Shown piece after piece: positions 1 to 11,210 of a stretch of 64,000 bases of DNA (the stretch's first letter is position 1; each line of letters starts with the position of its first letter). Source of the stretch: Azolla caroliniana. Lineage: Eukaryota; Plantae; Polypodiophyta. Below the pieces are notes generated by a model, which was not told the origin of the DNA, did no database searches, and worked only from the letters and a program-made list of their open reading frames with translations. The position numbers were made by a program, and so were the translations under genes. The stretch is from positions 23,250,001 to 23,314,000 of the forward strand of contig JBHGNT010000004.1 of NCBI GenBank assembly GCA_043228905.1. The letters are read 5' to 3'.

Positions 1-309
1 GTCGTCACTTGTTTCCACCTGAGGGTTCCAAAATAATGGTTGTCTAGACCACTCGATTAGCGTCTCCGGCATGTGCTTGACCAAATGATGTCGTACGTGA
101 CACCATGCCCACAAGATGGAGTTCGTGACCCTCTCCTCCGGAAGACAAGCCATCTTGGGTGGGACTCCACGCGTGCAACACCAATTCAAGGAGTCGGGCC
201 AAGGCCTACCATACTTGGGAGTCCCTGCCTGCAACCTATTGCGAAGTAGAACCTTCCAACACCCCTTACCTGGCAGGAGGCAGCGAACCACCATTTTGGC
301 TAGCAATGA

Positions 310-1216
310 TCAGCTCTTCATTAAGGGGTCTATGAGGCCAAGCCCCCCTTTGGCCCGCAGTTCTGTTAACCAATGCCATGACACTCTGGCGGAAGCCATC
401 GGGTTGTCCTTACCTGACCATATAAACCCCCTGATGGCAGCCTTAATCACGTGCAAGCCTGAAGGGTCCATAATCCAGCACGGGACTGAGTGCCACATGG
501 TGGCGAGCATCACTTGGTTCGCAATAAGAACCCTACCAACGAAAGATAGTTTAGACAGGCTCCATTGGTTCAACTTCTTGCTTAGTTTGGCTTGCACATG
601 GGACAATTGCGCTCCCTTGGGGATTGCCCTCCCCATCGTAAATATGAGGTACTTGAATGTCGTCCCATCAGGGACCCATGCAAAATCAGGATGGGGATGC
701 CACCTTGGCTTCTCTTGTTCACTGAACCAGAGGTCTTGGGTTTTATCCCAATTGATCTTGGCACCAGTAGCCTGACAAAAGTCTTCAACAAGATGTTCAG
801 CTCGCTGCAAATTTGCATCATCGCCCTGCAAGAAAAGGACCGTATCGTCAGCATATTCAGATAACAGAAGATCCTCAGTCACATTGGGGATGGGCGATCC
901 CCTCATTTCGTTGCTTGGTGCATGTAAGTAGGCCGAGAAAGCCTCGGTTACAAATAGATAGAGATATGGGGCTAGGGGACAACCTTGCCTCACTGAGCAA
1001 TGTATGTAGTTGGAAGGCGGGGCCCCAAGCACCAGATACCAACACGCTACTGGTAGCAGTCCGATAGAGTGTAGAAATGCAATTCCTCCATTGCGGGGGA
1101 AGGCCCATAGCTCTCATCACTCTTTCCAAAAAGGGCCATAACACCCTATCGTAGGCCTTCTCAAAGTCTAACATCAAAATAGCCGAGCTCGATGTGGTGC
1201 GATCTGCCAATGCCAT
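310..1216 (-). pseudogene. LINE reverse transcriptase core (frameshifted near 1025)
   Basis: ORFs 875-1216 (LDFEKAYDRVLW) and 310-1032 (RQGCPLAPYL, EYADDT, KGGLGL). Confidence 0.88.
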
Positions 1217-1234
1217 AACTTCCCAGAGAAGCAG

Positions 1235-1673
1235 TGTTGCCGATTGGGAACATGGACTGCGGTTAGTCCTTCGATCTAGACCTCCAAGTGGGTGTGGAAC
1301 AACGAATAGGCGTCTAAGCGTAATGCGTAGGGGAATGTTCCCTGTAACCTATCAGTGTATAAGGGAGACGGCTACAACCAAATCCTTAGCAAGGGTTACA
1401 CTTACGTTCTTACATGCTCAGGTCTTCAAGACACACACACTGGATTAGCCGTAGCTATACACAGAGAATCAAAGAAGATAGAATTCTATTATGAGACGTT
1501 TCTTACATTCCCAAAATTACACGCTCCCCCTATCAGAGGTTTTCTGCCCTTTATATACGCAGGGTCTATTTAGCTGTTCACGCTTCCTGCATGAACCGTT
1601 ACATGCGTTATGATCTTATATTATTTCTTATTCCTATGCTCTTGTTCGTCGGTTACTATTCCGGCGGACAACA
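1235..1673 (-). repeat. 3' LTR of gypsy element 1 (439 bp)
   Basis: TG...CA termini; matches 10164-10558 with about 23 substitutions (counted by eye) plus a 44-bp indel. Confidence 0.95.
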
Positions 1674-1720
1674 CCTGGCACGCCTGTGGGACAGTGCCCT
1701 GGCACGTCGGACCCATCCCG

Positions 1721-4490
1721 TTAATCCTCTTCCAAAATGGCCCGGATGTTTGGGTCTGTTGCGGTGTCCACGTCCGGAGGTGACGTAGGGCCCGTAGGTG
1801 CATCGTGGTGTGGCTCCCCTGTTTGGTCGGGCTCGTTTCTCCCGGAGTCGCAGTCGTCGTGAGTGGGCGGTCCGGGTACGGTGGGCTCTTCTTGAGCTAG
1901 TGGGTTGGGCTCCGCCGTTGTCGTGCTTGCAGTCGGCTGCGGCTCTGCCTCCATTGTTACATCCTCCGTGGTGTCGGCCGTTTTTGTACGTTCCGGGGAG
2001 TGGGGCGGAGATTCCGCCTGGCTCGCACCGTTCTCCGTGTGGTCCGATGATAGCGTGGGCTTGTGCGGATTAACCTCCTCTTGTGCAGTGGTTTTGCTGT
2101 CTGGTACTGTGGGGGACTCCGCTCGTCGGTCCGTGTTGTTCTCCATCGTTGTCATTTCTGGCGATCGAGCCTGAGGTTCCTCTTCTTCAGCCGTGCCCGG
2201 AATTGGCGTCGCCCTGGATTCCTCGTTTGTGTGCGTGTTGCCGGCTTGTGTGATCTGGTGAAATAGCTCCTCCTGGCTTTCACCAAAATCATCTATGAGC
2301 TGCGCGAGTTCTTCGGAGTGTTGGTCCGCTAGCGCACGATAGTCTTGCGCTAGGTCCTCTCATACGGCCGCAATTCTCTCCTCATTTAGTTTATAGAAAC
2401 CTCGGCCGTCTTTTCGCCGGTTCTCCCAGTCCACACAATACACGTGCAATTCCGTTGCTTGGGTTGCCCACGCCATCCATCCTTTGTCCAACGCCGTTTA
2501 AAATTGTGCTATGAACCTCTCCCGATTTGTTTGGAGAAGGATACGCACGTTATCTGTGATGGCCTGGCAACGGTTGCGTGCGTCCTCCATCGACTTCTGG
2601 AGGTTTGCGATTTCTTGTTGTTTAACCGCCGCTGCTTCTTCGTACATGGCCTTCAGGCCCGCCCACAGCTGGGATTCCTTTGCATGTTGTTCTTCTAATT
2701 TCCCCATTTCATTGTTTAGGCGGATTTCGAGCTGATGCCTTCTTTCTTGTTCGACCACCAATTGCTCGTCGAACCATACCTTCTTTTTTTCTAATAAGGC
2801 CTGGAGTCCCGTGATTGCTGCCTCCGATTTCTTCGCGTCCTCTCGTAATTGGGCATTGTCATCTTTTGTCCGAATGTGCTGAGCTACCTCCGCAACGAGT
2901 TTCTCTTCAAGGGTTTTTACTGCCTTCCGGCCGTTAGCCCATATCTCCTTTTCTCTGTCTGAGGATTGGCGTAGTTCCACTCGAAGGCGGTCAATTTCTG
3001 ATTCCGCTAGTTGCATGGCCCTTTTCGCTTTTGAGGCAATGGCGGTCTGAGCCTCAATTTCTTCCTTTAAAGCGTCGATGGCGTGGTTTGGTGGCGGAGT
3101 TGCGTTGCGCCGTAGTCGCGTGAGCTTCCAACTCCGCGATGCGTTCGTTGGCTTTTTGAAGTTCAACTTGGGTCAGTTTCACCTTCTTCCAGACATTCTT
3201 ATTTTTTATGGCCATCTCCTTGGCGCCCGTGCTGACCTTTGCCAGTTCCCGATGGACTTCGACTAGTCCCGTGTTTAATGGGGGTATCTCCATCCCCACT
3301 CGGCGTACCCCGGCGTTCCTCTGTCTGCCGACCCTGGCTAACCGGTCCTCATCGTCGCTCTTCGTCGTTTGTGTTAGGGCACGCTCAATCATCTGGCGTT
3401 CTGCATGCTCTTTGGCCATTCGTTGGGCGGCTTTTACCTGTTGTTTTGCCAGGAACTCCATGAGCTCAAAAGAAGTGTCGAACTGTAAGAGGGCGTTGAA
3501 CTCATCGGCCGTATCCGGGATATCCGGATATGCCAAAACCTCGCTTTCCGCTGTCAATACGGCTTTCCCTCGTTGGGACTGGGTCGTAATGATCGGTCGT
3601 GGCTCCCGGATGATTTTGAAGGTGGTATTGGGTTCCGTAGCTGCGGAGCCATCGCCTTCGGTCGGTGTTTCTATCACCGTGGGGACGTTTTTGACCAACC
3701 CCCGCCCATCTTTCCTGTCCAATCTACGCCGTTTCGGTCTGGGGCTATCCCACTGTGTTTCGGTGTCTGGCTTTGGGGCTGCTTCCATGGAACGTGCCGG
3801 TTGTTCCTCCTGTGTTGTCCGTGTGTCTGGCTGGTCAGTAGGTGGTGTTGTCCTTGGGTCAGGTTGGGCGGGTTGGGGTTCCTCTTCCCACTCTGGGGCC
3901 GATAACTTCGCTAACCTGCGCTTCGCGGATCGGGGCGGGGGCATGGGCCGGTTGGGCTGCGGTGATGGCAGGCCTCGGGGTGGAAATAGTACCGTAAGGT
4001 ACTGTTGTATGATCGGCCTGAGCTTTTTGCCTGCCTGGTACGCATGCAGGCCTTCCCTTAATGTCGGCCCTGTGATGACCCCCCCATCGACCGCGCGCCC
4101 CTCAAAGGTATCGATAATGATGCCCACCTTCTGCTTAGGCATCCCATATGCGTTGACATGTACGCAGTCGACTTCTAGCAGGGACTTGGCAACTTCACAG
4201 AAGAAGGGATCCGGAATCTGCTTGGTTCTATAGGCCTTGGCGGAGGAGGAATATGGCCCGAAATATCACTGCAGCGCCTCTGCAGGAGGGATTTCGAAAT
4301 GCCTTTCGCCTAGCGATGACAGGTCCAACTTCTTCCGGATGGAGGAGTTGGTGATCGTGTCGATGTTAAGCTTCTTGGCGATGTCCATGGCATCCGGGTG
4401 TGGGGGTGCTTCTGCGACCCGGATGTACCCATCCAAGCGTTTCTCCACAAGCCATCGGCGTAAGGCAATAGAGATGAAGATCGTCATCGC
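1721..4490 (-). pseudogene. Extra sense ORF (~900 aa) between integrase and 3' LTR: globular N-terminus, Pro-rich region, NLS-like PRPKRRRL, long coiled coil, acidic tail
   Basis: ORFs 4266-4487 and 3054-4142 share a frame across one TGA. ORFs 2498-3166 and 1721-2155 share a frame across TAA/TGA. One frameshift near 3110. Confidence 0.75.
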
Positions 4491-4829
4491 CAGAGGAGAT
4501 TCGTGGGAAGGAGACTGGTGGTTGCGATGGGCTGAAGATGTGTGATAGGATGGAGGAGAAGGTGAAGGGGAGGAGCGATGGAAGCGTTGATAGCTAGAAG
4601 ATGAGTTTCTGTTTTGTGCAAAAAATCTTCTGTTTCCTTCTTTTTATGGCTTAGGGTTCATTGGGCGGTGAGCCATCGTGGCGCCCCGTGTTCTTGAACT
4701 AGGAGTTTGTGCATGCCTTTAGTCGTTTTAATAGTCGCTATCTTCTCCTTTTTTTTTCTTTTTTTTTTCATAACGGTTATCTACAACCTATTTTTACATT
4801 ATGGTACAAGTGGGGCCGCTCATTTAAGG

Positions 4830-7800
4830 TGCGGGTTCTCCGGCTCTATCCTGTTCGGCGGTGAATGGGTTAGGTGGCGTAGGGCCCAGGTAAGGTTTGA
4901 GCTGAAACCCATTCACCTTTTGTCGGACTACTTCCCCGGCCAACGTACCTAGTCAGAACGTGCCTTGTTCCGCTCCAATTATCCAGTATGGGCGGGTCCA
5001 GCGGAATCGTAACTTCCCCGACATATGGCCCATGTGAGTTTGGAAAACCAGCACTGCTCGACCCACGGCGAACTCCTTTTCCCTTGCGTTCCGATGTCGA
5101 TCCACAAACGCTTTATGCCGTCGCTATTCCTACTCCAACACAACCATGTTGTGGACGTGTTTTTCCCCTAGTTCGAGGAGTTGGTGGAGCCGTACCTCCT
5201 CCGACTTGGCTTCTGATAGTCGGTTTCGTACCTGAATTCGTAAACTAGGTACCTGAAATTCAACCAGCATCACAGCCTCTAACCCAAACGCTAGTCGAAA
5301 CGGTGTTGACTGTATGCTTGTTTTGTAGCTAGTTCTGTACGCCCATAACGCACTTTGTAGTTTGGTATCCCAGTCCGTTCTATTTTCATTGACAATTTTC
5401 TTCAAAATGGTCTGCAACGTCTTATTGGTGGATTCTGCTAATCCATTCGCCTGCGAATAATATGGCGTACTCTCTTCTTATGGACTACGGCGTAATGTTG
5501 TGTTAGTTCTCGAACAACCGTATTGAGAAAGTGGCTCCCCTGGTCACTGATAAGCTCAATCGGACAGCCGAACCGGCACCAGATGTGCTCGTAAAGGAAT
5601 CTGGCTGTGACCGTTGCCGTATTTTCACGTAGTGCCTTTGCTTCTACCCATTTGGTGCAATAATCCGTGGCTACCAATATGTATTTATTGCCCGTACAGG
5701 CTGCCGCCGGCGTGAAGGGCCCCACAAAATCCAATCCCCACTTTTGGAAGGGGTCTAGCGGTAATACGGGCTGGTGTGGCATCCTTGTGCCCTCCGCGGG
5801 TTGTCCCATCCGTTGACACAAATCACACTTTCTACAATACGCGGATGCGTCCTTCTGTGTTGTTGGCCACCATAAGCCCGCCTGCCATACTTTCTGGGTT
5901 GTAACGTCACCCGCGTAATGGCCGCCTGCCGTGCCGCAGTGTGCCTCCCATAAAACCGCTTCCTTCTCATCCTGTCGTACCCCACGTCGCCAAATGTCGT
6001 CACTTCCTTTGTGATATAAAACGCCTTCAACGAGGCAGAAGTGATGGCTTCGGACGGCTAGTCGTTTCTTCTCGTCCGTGCGTAATTGTGGTGGAGGCAG
6101 TCCCGTAGTCAAAAAGTACGTCATTTCCATAAGCCGCCAGTCCGGAAAGGTCGATTCCGTTCTTTCTGCTAGTGTCGCTACCCGCAGGATATCGGCGACC
6201 GGAAAATCGTCGTCATCTTTCTGTACTATTTCTCCATTCTCGAGTCTGCTCAAAAAATCCGCCACTGAGAGTCGCGTCCCTGGTCGGTGTTGGATTACGA
6301 AATCGAATTCCTGGAGCAACAACATCCACCGTGCCAATTTCCCTGTCAGGGCTTGTTTCTCCACCAAATACAGTAGCGCCGAATGATCCACGTGGAACGT
6401 GAATTTCCTTCCTAATAAATAGTGCCGGAATTTATTGATGATATAGATCATCCCTACCGCCTCCCGCTCCGTTGTGGCGTAGTTACACTCTACTGTTGAT
6501 AATTTGCGACTAGCGTAGTATACTGGCCGGTACCAGCTTGGTTCAGTGAGCTGCATTAGTGCACTTCCTATTGCTATGTTTGAGGCGTCGACGAACACGT
6601 GGAATGGCTTCACCCAAAATGGTGGTTGTACGACGGGAGCCTGTGTGAGCATTATCTTAAGTGCCTCGTAGGCCTTATCCTCCGTTGCAGTCCATTGGAA
6701 AGGAGTCCGATGTACGGCAGCACGTAACGGCGTGGCGAAGTCCGCCAAATACCGTATCATCCAACTATGCCACCGTATTTGTCCTAAAAACCGGCTGAGT
6801 GATTTGGCGTTTGTCGGAGTTTTGGCTTGCGTAATCGTAGAGATTTTGTTCGGGTCAACCACTATTCCCTCCTTGCTGACTATATAGCCTAGGAGAGTCC
6901 CGTTGGTCATGCCGAAAGCACATTTCGCGGGATTCAGGCTTAAGCGTGCGGTGCGGCAACCTTCCAGGCACAGTTGTAAGTGCGAAAAATGGTCTATTGT
7001 TCTCCCATATACCGCAAAGTCGTCTAAAAAAACTTGCATGAACGCTTGAATGTATTCCCCAAAGATCTCCGTAATTGTCCATTGAAATGTTGCCGGCGTC
7101 GTCTTTAGCCTGAACATCATGACAACTGCCACATATACTCCCTAGTCCATGACAAATGTCTTCTTTTCTTGGTCCTCGGGATGCATGCATACCTGGTTAT
7201 AGCCACTAAAGCCATCTAAAAAACTGTACATCTCATGGCCTGCGACGGCGTCCAGTACGCTATCGGTGAAGGGTAAGGGAAATGCGTCCATAATGGTGAC
7301 GACGTTTAATTTTCGGTAATCTACGCATACCCGTATTTTGCCGTTTTTCTTTGGAACGACCACTATCGGGTTAACCATGTCGCTTGTTTAACTGGTCGTA
7401 TGAACCCCGCCTTCAGGAGCTTGTCAATTTCTTCTTTCACACGGGTCGTGTACTTCGGGTTCATGCGGTAGCGGCGCTGTTGGACGGGTTTCGCGTCGGT
7501 TGCTAAATTGATCTTATGCTGATAGAACTTGGGATCTAACCCCTTCATGTCCTCTTGAGCCCAAGCGAACACATCCTTATATTCCGTGAGTAGTGCGATC
7601 ATCGTGTTTCTCTGGTCCGGCCTTAATTCCTTTGCGATGGAGAGGAAACGAGGCTTCGACTCTGTACCCATATTTACTTCTTCAAGGGCGGAAGCGGTGA
7701 CTCATCGTGAAATCTCCATTTCTCTTTTGAATGCCGCCCATGCTCTGCTAAGTTCCAATATGGACTCTGGGTTTGGTTCATAAGGCTCGTCGTGGAGAAT

Positions 7801-10141
7801 AGTGGTCGTGGCATATTCCGAGGGTGTTCGTCGAGGTATGCCTCTAATTCTGCATCCTCCACCCCAGCCAACATATTTATATCTTCTGCGTATAATGGTG
7901 TTATACCCTTCGGTTGTGGCGTGCTTCCTTCCATAGTTACGCGAACCTTGGTGCGTCCGTGTTGGAAACTGATACACTTGTGTTGCCAGTTCTGCTTGAT
8001 ATTTGCTGCCTGAAGCCATGGTCTGCCTAGAAGCATTGGGTACGCCCCTGGGGCGTCCAAGGCGAGGACGACCGCCGAGATGTCGAATCGGTGTCTGCCC
8101 ATGATAATGCCTATTTTGCGAATTAACCCTAATGGTCGTACTGAGCGGGTATTTGCCATTCGGAGCCAGAATGGGCAAGCCTCCCATTCTGAAATGCCTA
8201 ACTGCTCGCAAGTTTTCACGCTAATTACATTGACGCCTGAGCCGCCGTCGATTACGCATCCTGGAATTTCCTGTCCGTGTAATATTAATGTAATAGTCAG
8301 GTTGTGTTGATCCACTACCGGCGGTCCATTGCTAACGTCTGTAAGGTTTGTAGCGATACTCACCTCGGGTATGCCTGTCACCCGTTCTTCCATGGTCTGG
8401 CGGAAGCGTGGGACTAGCTGCAGCAGTTTCTCCATGGTTAACGTTATCTCACAGCCCGCTAACGCCTGCCAAATGGGGTCTGGGACCGGTCTTTCGTCCT
8501 CTGCTCGCTCCATTGTGTTCACGGACTTCTTCCGCATGCGTTTCGTATTTGTTGCGTTTGCTTTTTCCACCCACGCTTGGGCTTGTCGGCGTACCTCGTC
8601 TTGCGCAGCCCAATCAGCCATTTTTGTTTGCTGGCGTGTCGTGACTTGTTGCACTTCCGCTGTAATCGTATTGACAGCGGGCCCCTTTCCCTTGCGTGCT
8701 GGGCATTGCGTGGCATAATGTCCGGGTTGCTGACAAATAAAACAATGGATGCTTTATTCACCCTTCTCAGCTCCTGGTGGTGTGTGCCGCTCCACTGGTG
8801 CTACTTGCTCCTCGCGGTCTGGCCTCGTTTGTCGGAACATACGCGGTGGCTGTTGTTGGTCTCGTTGTTGTTCCTGGTGCCGCTCATCCCCCGAGCTTTC
8901 GTCGTAATGTCGGTGATCTCGATATTGCCGTGGCTTACCACGATAACCATTGAAGCCGCCCCGTTTGTTTGTCGGCCGGTGATTCTCGTAGCGCCGACCC
9001 CCTTTGGCGTAACTCGGATGTCCACGATAATCCTCGTCCTCTGGTTCGTCCTCCTCGGAATCGTTGTGATTTCGGTGATTCCGGTGGTGTCGGTCCTCCC
9101 GTGGGTTGCGATCCTTATACCGTGGTTGGTCTTCTTGCCTCCTTTGTTCAGTTCGGTGTGGTTGATGTTGTGTGTCCATGCTGCGTACTGCGGGAGTGGC
9201 TCTGTTTAACATATTGTATTCGCATTGGTCGACTATGTGAGCCTTCGAGTGGCAGATTGGGCAGTGGATTCGCATATTGCATTCCACTGCGGAATGCCCC
9301 GAGTTCAAGCAAATCGTGCACTGGATTTCTTGACGAAACTGGCGTTCCTCGTCCTGAGGTAACGCTTGTCGTAAGGAGGACATAGACAACCTTTCCTCCT
9401 CGTCATCCAACTCGAGTTGTAACGCTCGTTCAATTACCATATCCGTCGTTTCCCCTTTCACGCTATTGTTGTTGAGCGTTGCCCGGATGGGCCGGCGTAA
9501 AGCTGCCAGAAATGTTTCCCGAGCCTCGTCCTCCGCGGGGCTCCGTTCTAGTTTCCGTCGTAAATTTTGGAAACGTAAGCTGAAGTTCGCTATCGTCTCG
9601 GTCGGTAGTTGCTTAATCGTATAAAACTGTCCGAGGATTTCGCATTGTGGAACCCTCCGATGGAAGAATCGCAAGAAAGCGGACTGCAGCTGATCGAAGG
9701 TTGTTATTGCTGGTAAATCCATCTATGAATGCCAAAACGCCGCTCGCCCATCTAATGTTAACCCGAACTCCGTCATTTTTGACTGGTGTGCTACCGCCTC
9801 CGAAAGGCTCTACGCCATGTGGTTCGCATTCCAGACATTCAGGAACATGCGAATATGAGTTGCGGCGTCCGTTTCGCCGTTAAAGCGGGGGTAGGCAAAG
9901 GCCATGGTGGGGGCTGTGGTGAGCGTAGTCCCCGCGTCTCGTCGAGTTATTTGGAGAGCGAAGAATCACCTTTGTACTCACGGTAGGTAGCACTGAGGTT
10001 GCTGAGGCGAGGCTTTTGCCGTGCGCGTTCTTCTGCCTGGCGTGTGACGGGCCTTGTTATTGGCCTGTCTTGTCGTGTTGGTTCTCTGGGGGCGTCTGCG
10101 GCTAAACATCCATTCGTTGTTGCTCGTCTGTGAGAAGACAC
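4830..10141 (-). pseudogene. gag-pol polyprotein of gypsy element 1 (multiple stops/frameshifts)
   Basis: Retrotransposon gag with CCHC knuckles (8754-9722); protease IDGGSGVN (7674-8654); RT VCVDYRKLN, FLDGFSGYNQ, FLDD; RNase H VDAS, EREA, VDH; integrase HHCC, GLDFVGP, SDQGSHF (5130-7671). End coordinates approximate. Confidence 0.92.
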
Positions 10142-10163
10142 TGATCACCAAGCGTGCCAAAAG

Positions 10164-10558
10164 TGTTGCCGATTAGGAACACGGTCCGCGGTCAGTCCTT
10201 CGACCTAGACCTCCAAGTGGGTGTGGAACAACGAATAGGCATCTAAGTGTAATGCGTAGGGGAATGTTCCATGTAACCTATCAGCGTATAAGGGAGACGG
10301 CTACAACCGAATCCTTAGCAAGGGTTACACTTACGTTCTTACACACTCAGGTCTTCAAGACACACACAGTGGATTAGCCGTAGTTATACACAGAGAATCA
10401 GAGAAGATAGAATTCTATTATGAGACGTTTCTTACATTCCCAAAATTACACGCTCCCCCTATCAGAGGTTCCTATGTGAACCGTTACATGCGTTATGAAC
10501 TTATATTATTTCTTATTCCTACGCTCTTGTCCGTCGGTTACTATTCCAGCGGACAACA
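10164..10558 (-). repeat. 5' LTR of gypsy element 1 (395 bp)
   Basis: Direct repeat of 1235-1673; followed on the minus strand by PBS-like TGGCACGCTTGGTG and the gag start. Confidence 0.95.
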
Positions 10559-10650
10559 AGCAGCACATTATCAAAGATACACCTACCCCTGATAAACCCT
10601 GTTTGATTCTCATGTATGATGTCTGGTAGGTAGCTTGTTATCCACCTAGC

Positions 10651-11121
10651 TGTCATGATAACAGTCACATCATGCATCGAAAGGATCATGACACTCACGT
10701 TATGACTCGAAAGGATTTGAACCCACGACCTTGTTGTACACATGTCAAATCCTTAACCATTGTATTAATATTCTTATATGTATAGTCTCTAGAATATGAA
10801 ATCTAATATCATAGGAATATTCTATATTACTCTACATTCTAGAATGACCTAGAATATTCTAGAGTGTTCTATACCACTAGAACCTTCTAGAATACTCTAG
10901 AGATCTTCTAGATTACTCTACATTCTAGGATAACCTAGAATATTCTAGAGAGTTCTCTATTACTTATAAATAGGGATCTACCACCCATCCCAAACCTAAA
11001 TTGGTTCAACGCCATTTTGTAGCCTACTCTTTGTAATCCATTTTACGCTTCAATATAATAATTCTCTTTCAATTATCTCTCTATCTCTTTTTCTCTCTCT
11101 TTCTCTCTCTCAGTCTTGACA
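10651..11121 (+). repeat. 5' LTR of chromovirus
   Basis: Apparently identical to 21345-21815; TATAAATA at 10965-10972. Confidence 0.96.
10825..10960 (+). promoter_or_regulatory. Heat-shock element (nGAAn inverted pentamer) array in LTR U3
   Basis: Perfect aGAAccTTCtaGAAt at 10879-10893 plus aGAAtaTTCtaGAGnnTTC at ~10851 and ~10937, just upstream of the TATA box. Confidence 0.7.
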
Positions 11122-11210
11122 GTTTGAACCAATTTTTTTTCCTTTCATCTCTTCGTCTTCCACAAACCCTAACAAGTTCTCTTCTTCCTTCTCCTCTCCC
11201 CTCATAAGCT

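Larger units (their letters stand above)
1235..10558 (-). mobile_element. Ty3/gypsy non-chromovirus LTR retrotransposon (Athila/Tat-related), degenerate, with extra 3' ORF
   Basis: Direct LTRs TGTTGCC...GGACAACA at 1235-1673 and 10164-10558. TSD AGCAG at 1230-1234 and 10559-10563. Order gag-PR-RT-RH-INT on minus strand; no chromodomain seen. Confidence 0.95.

Noticed and set aside
3208-4233. 341-aa plus-strand ORF and other long antisense ORFs within the TEs
   Set aside because: Shadow ORFs of GC-rich coding sequence on the opposite strand, with no motifs.
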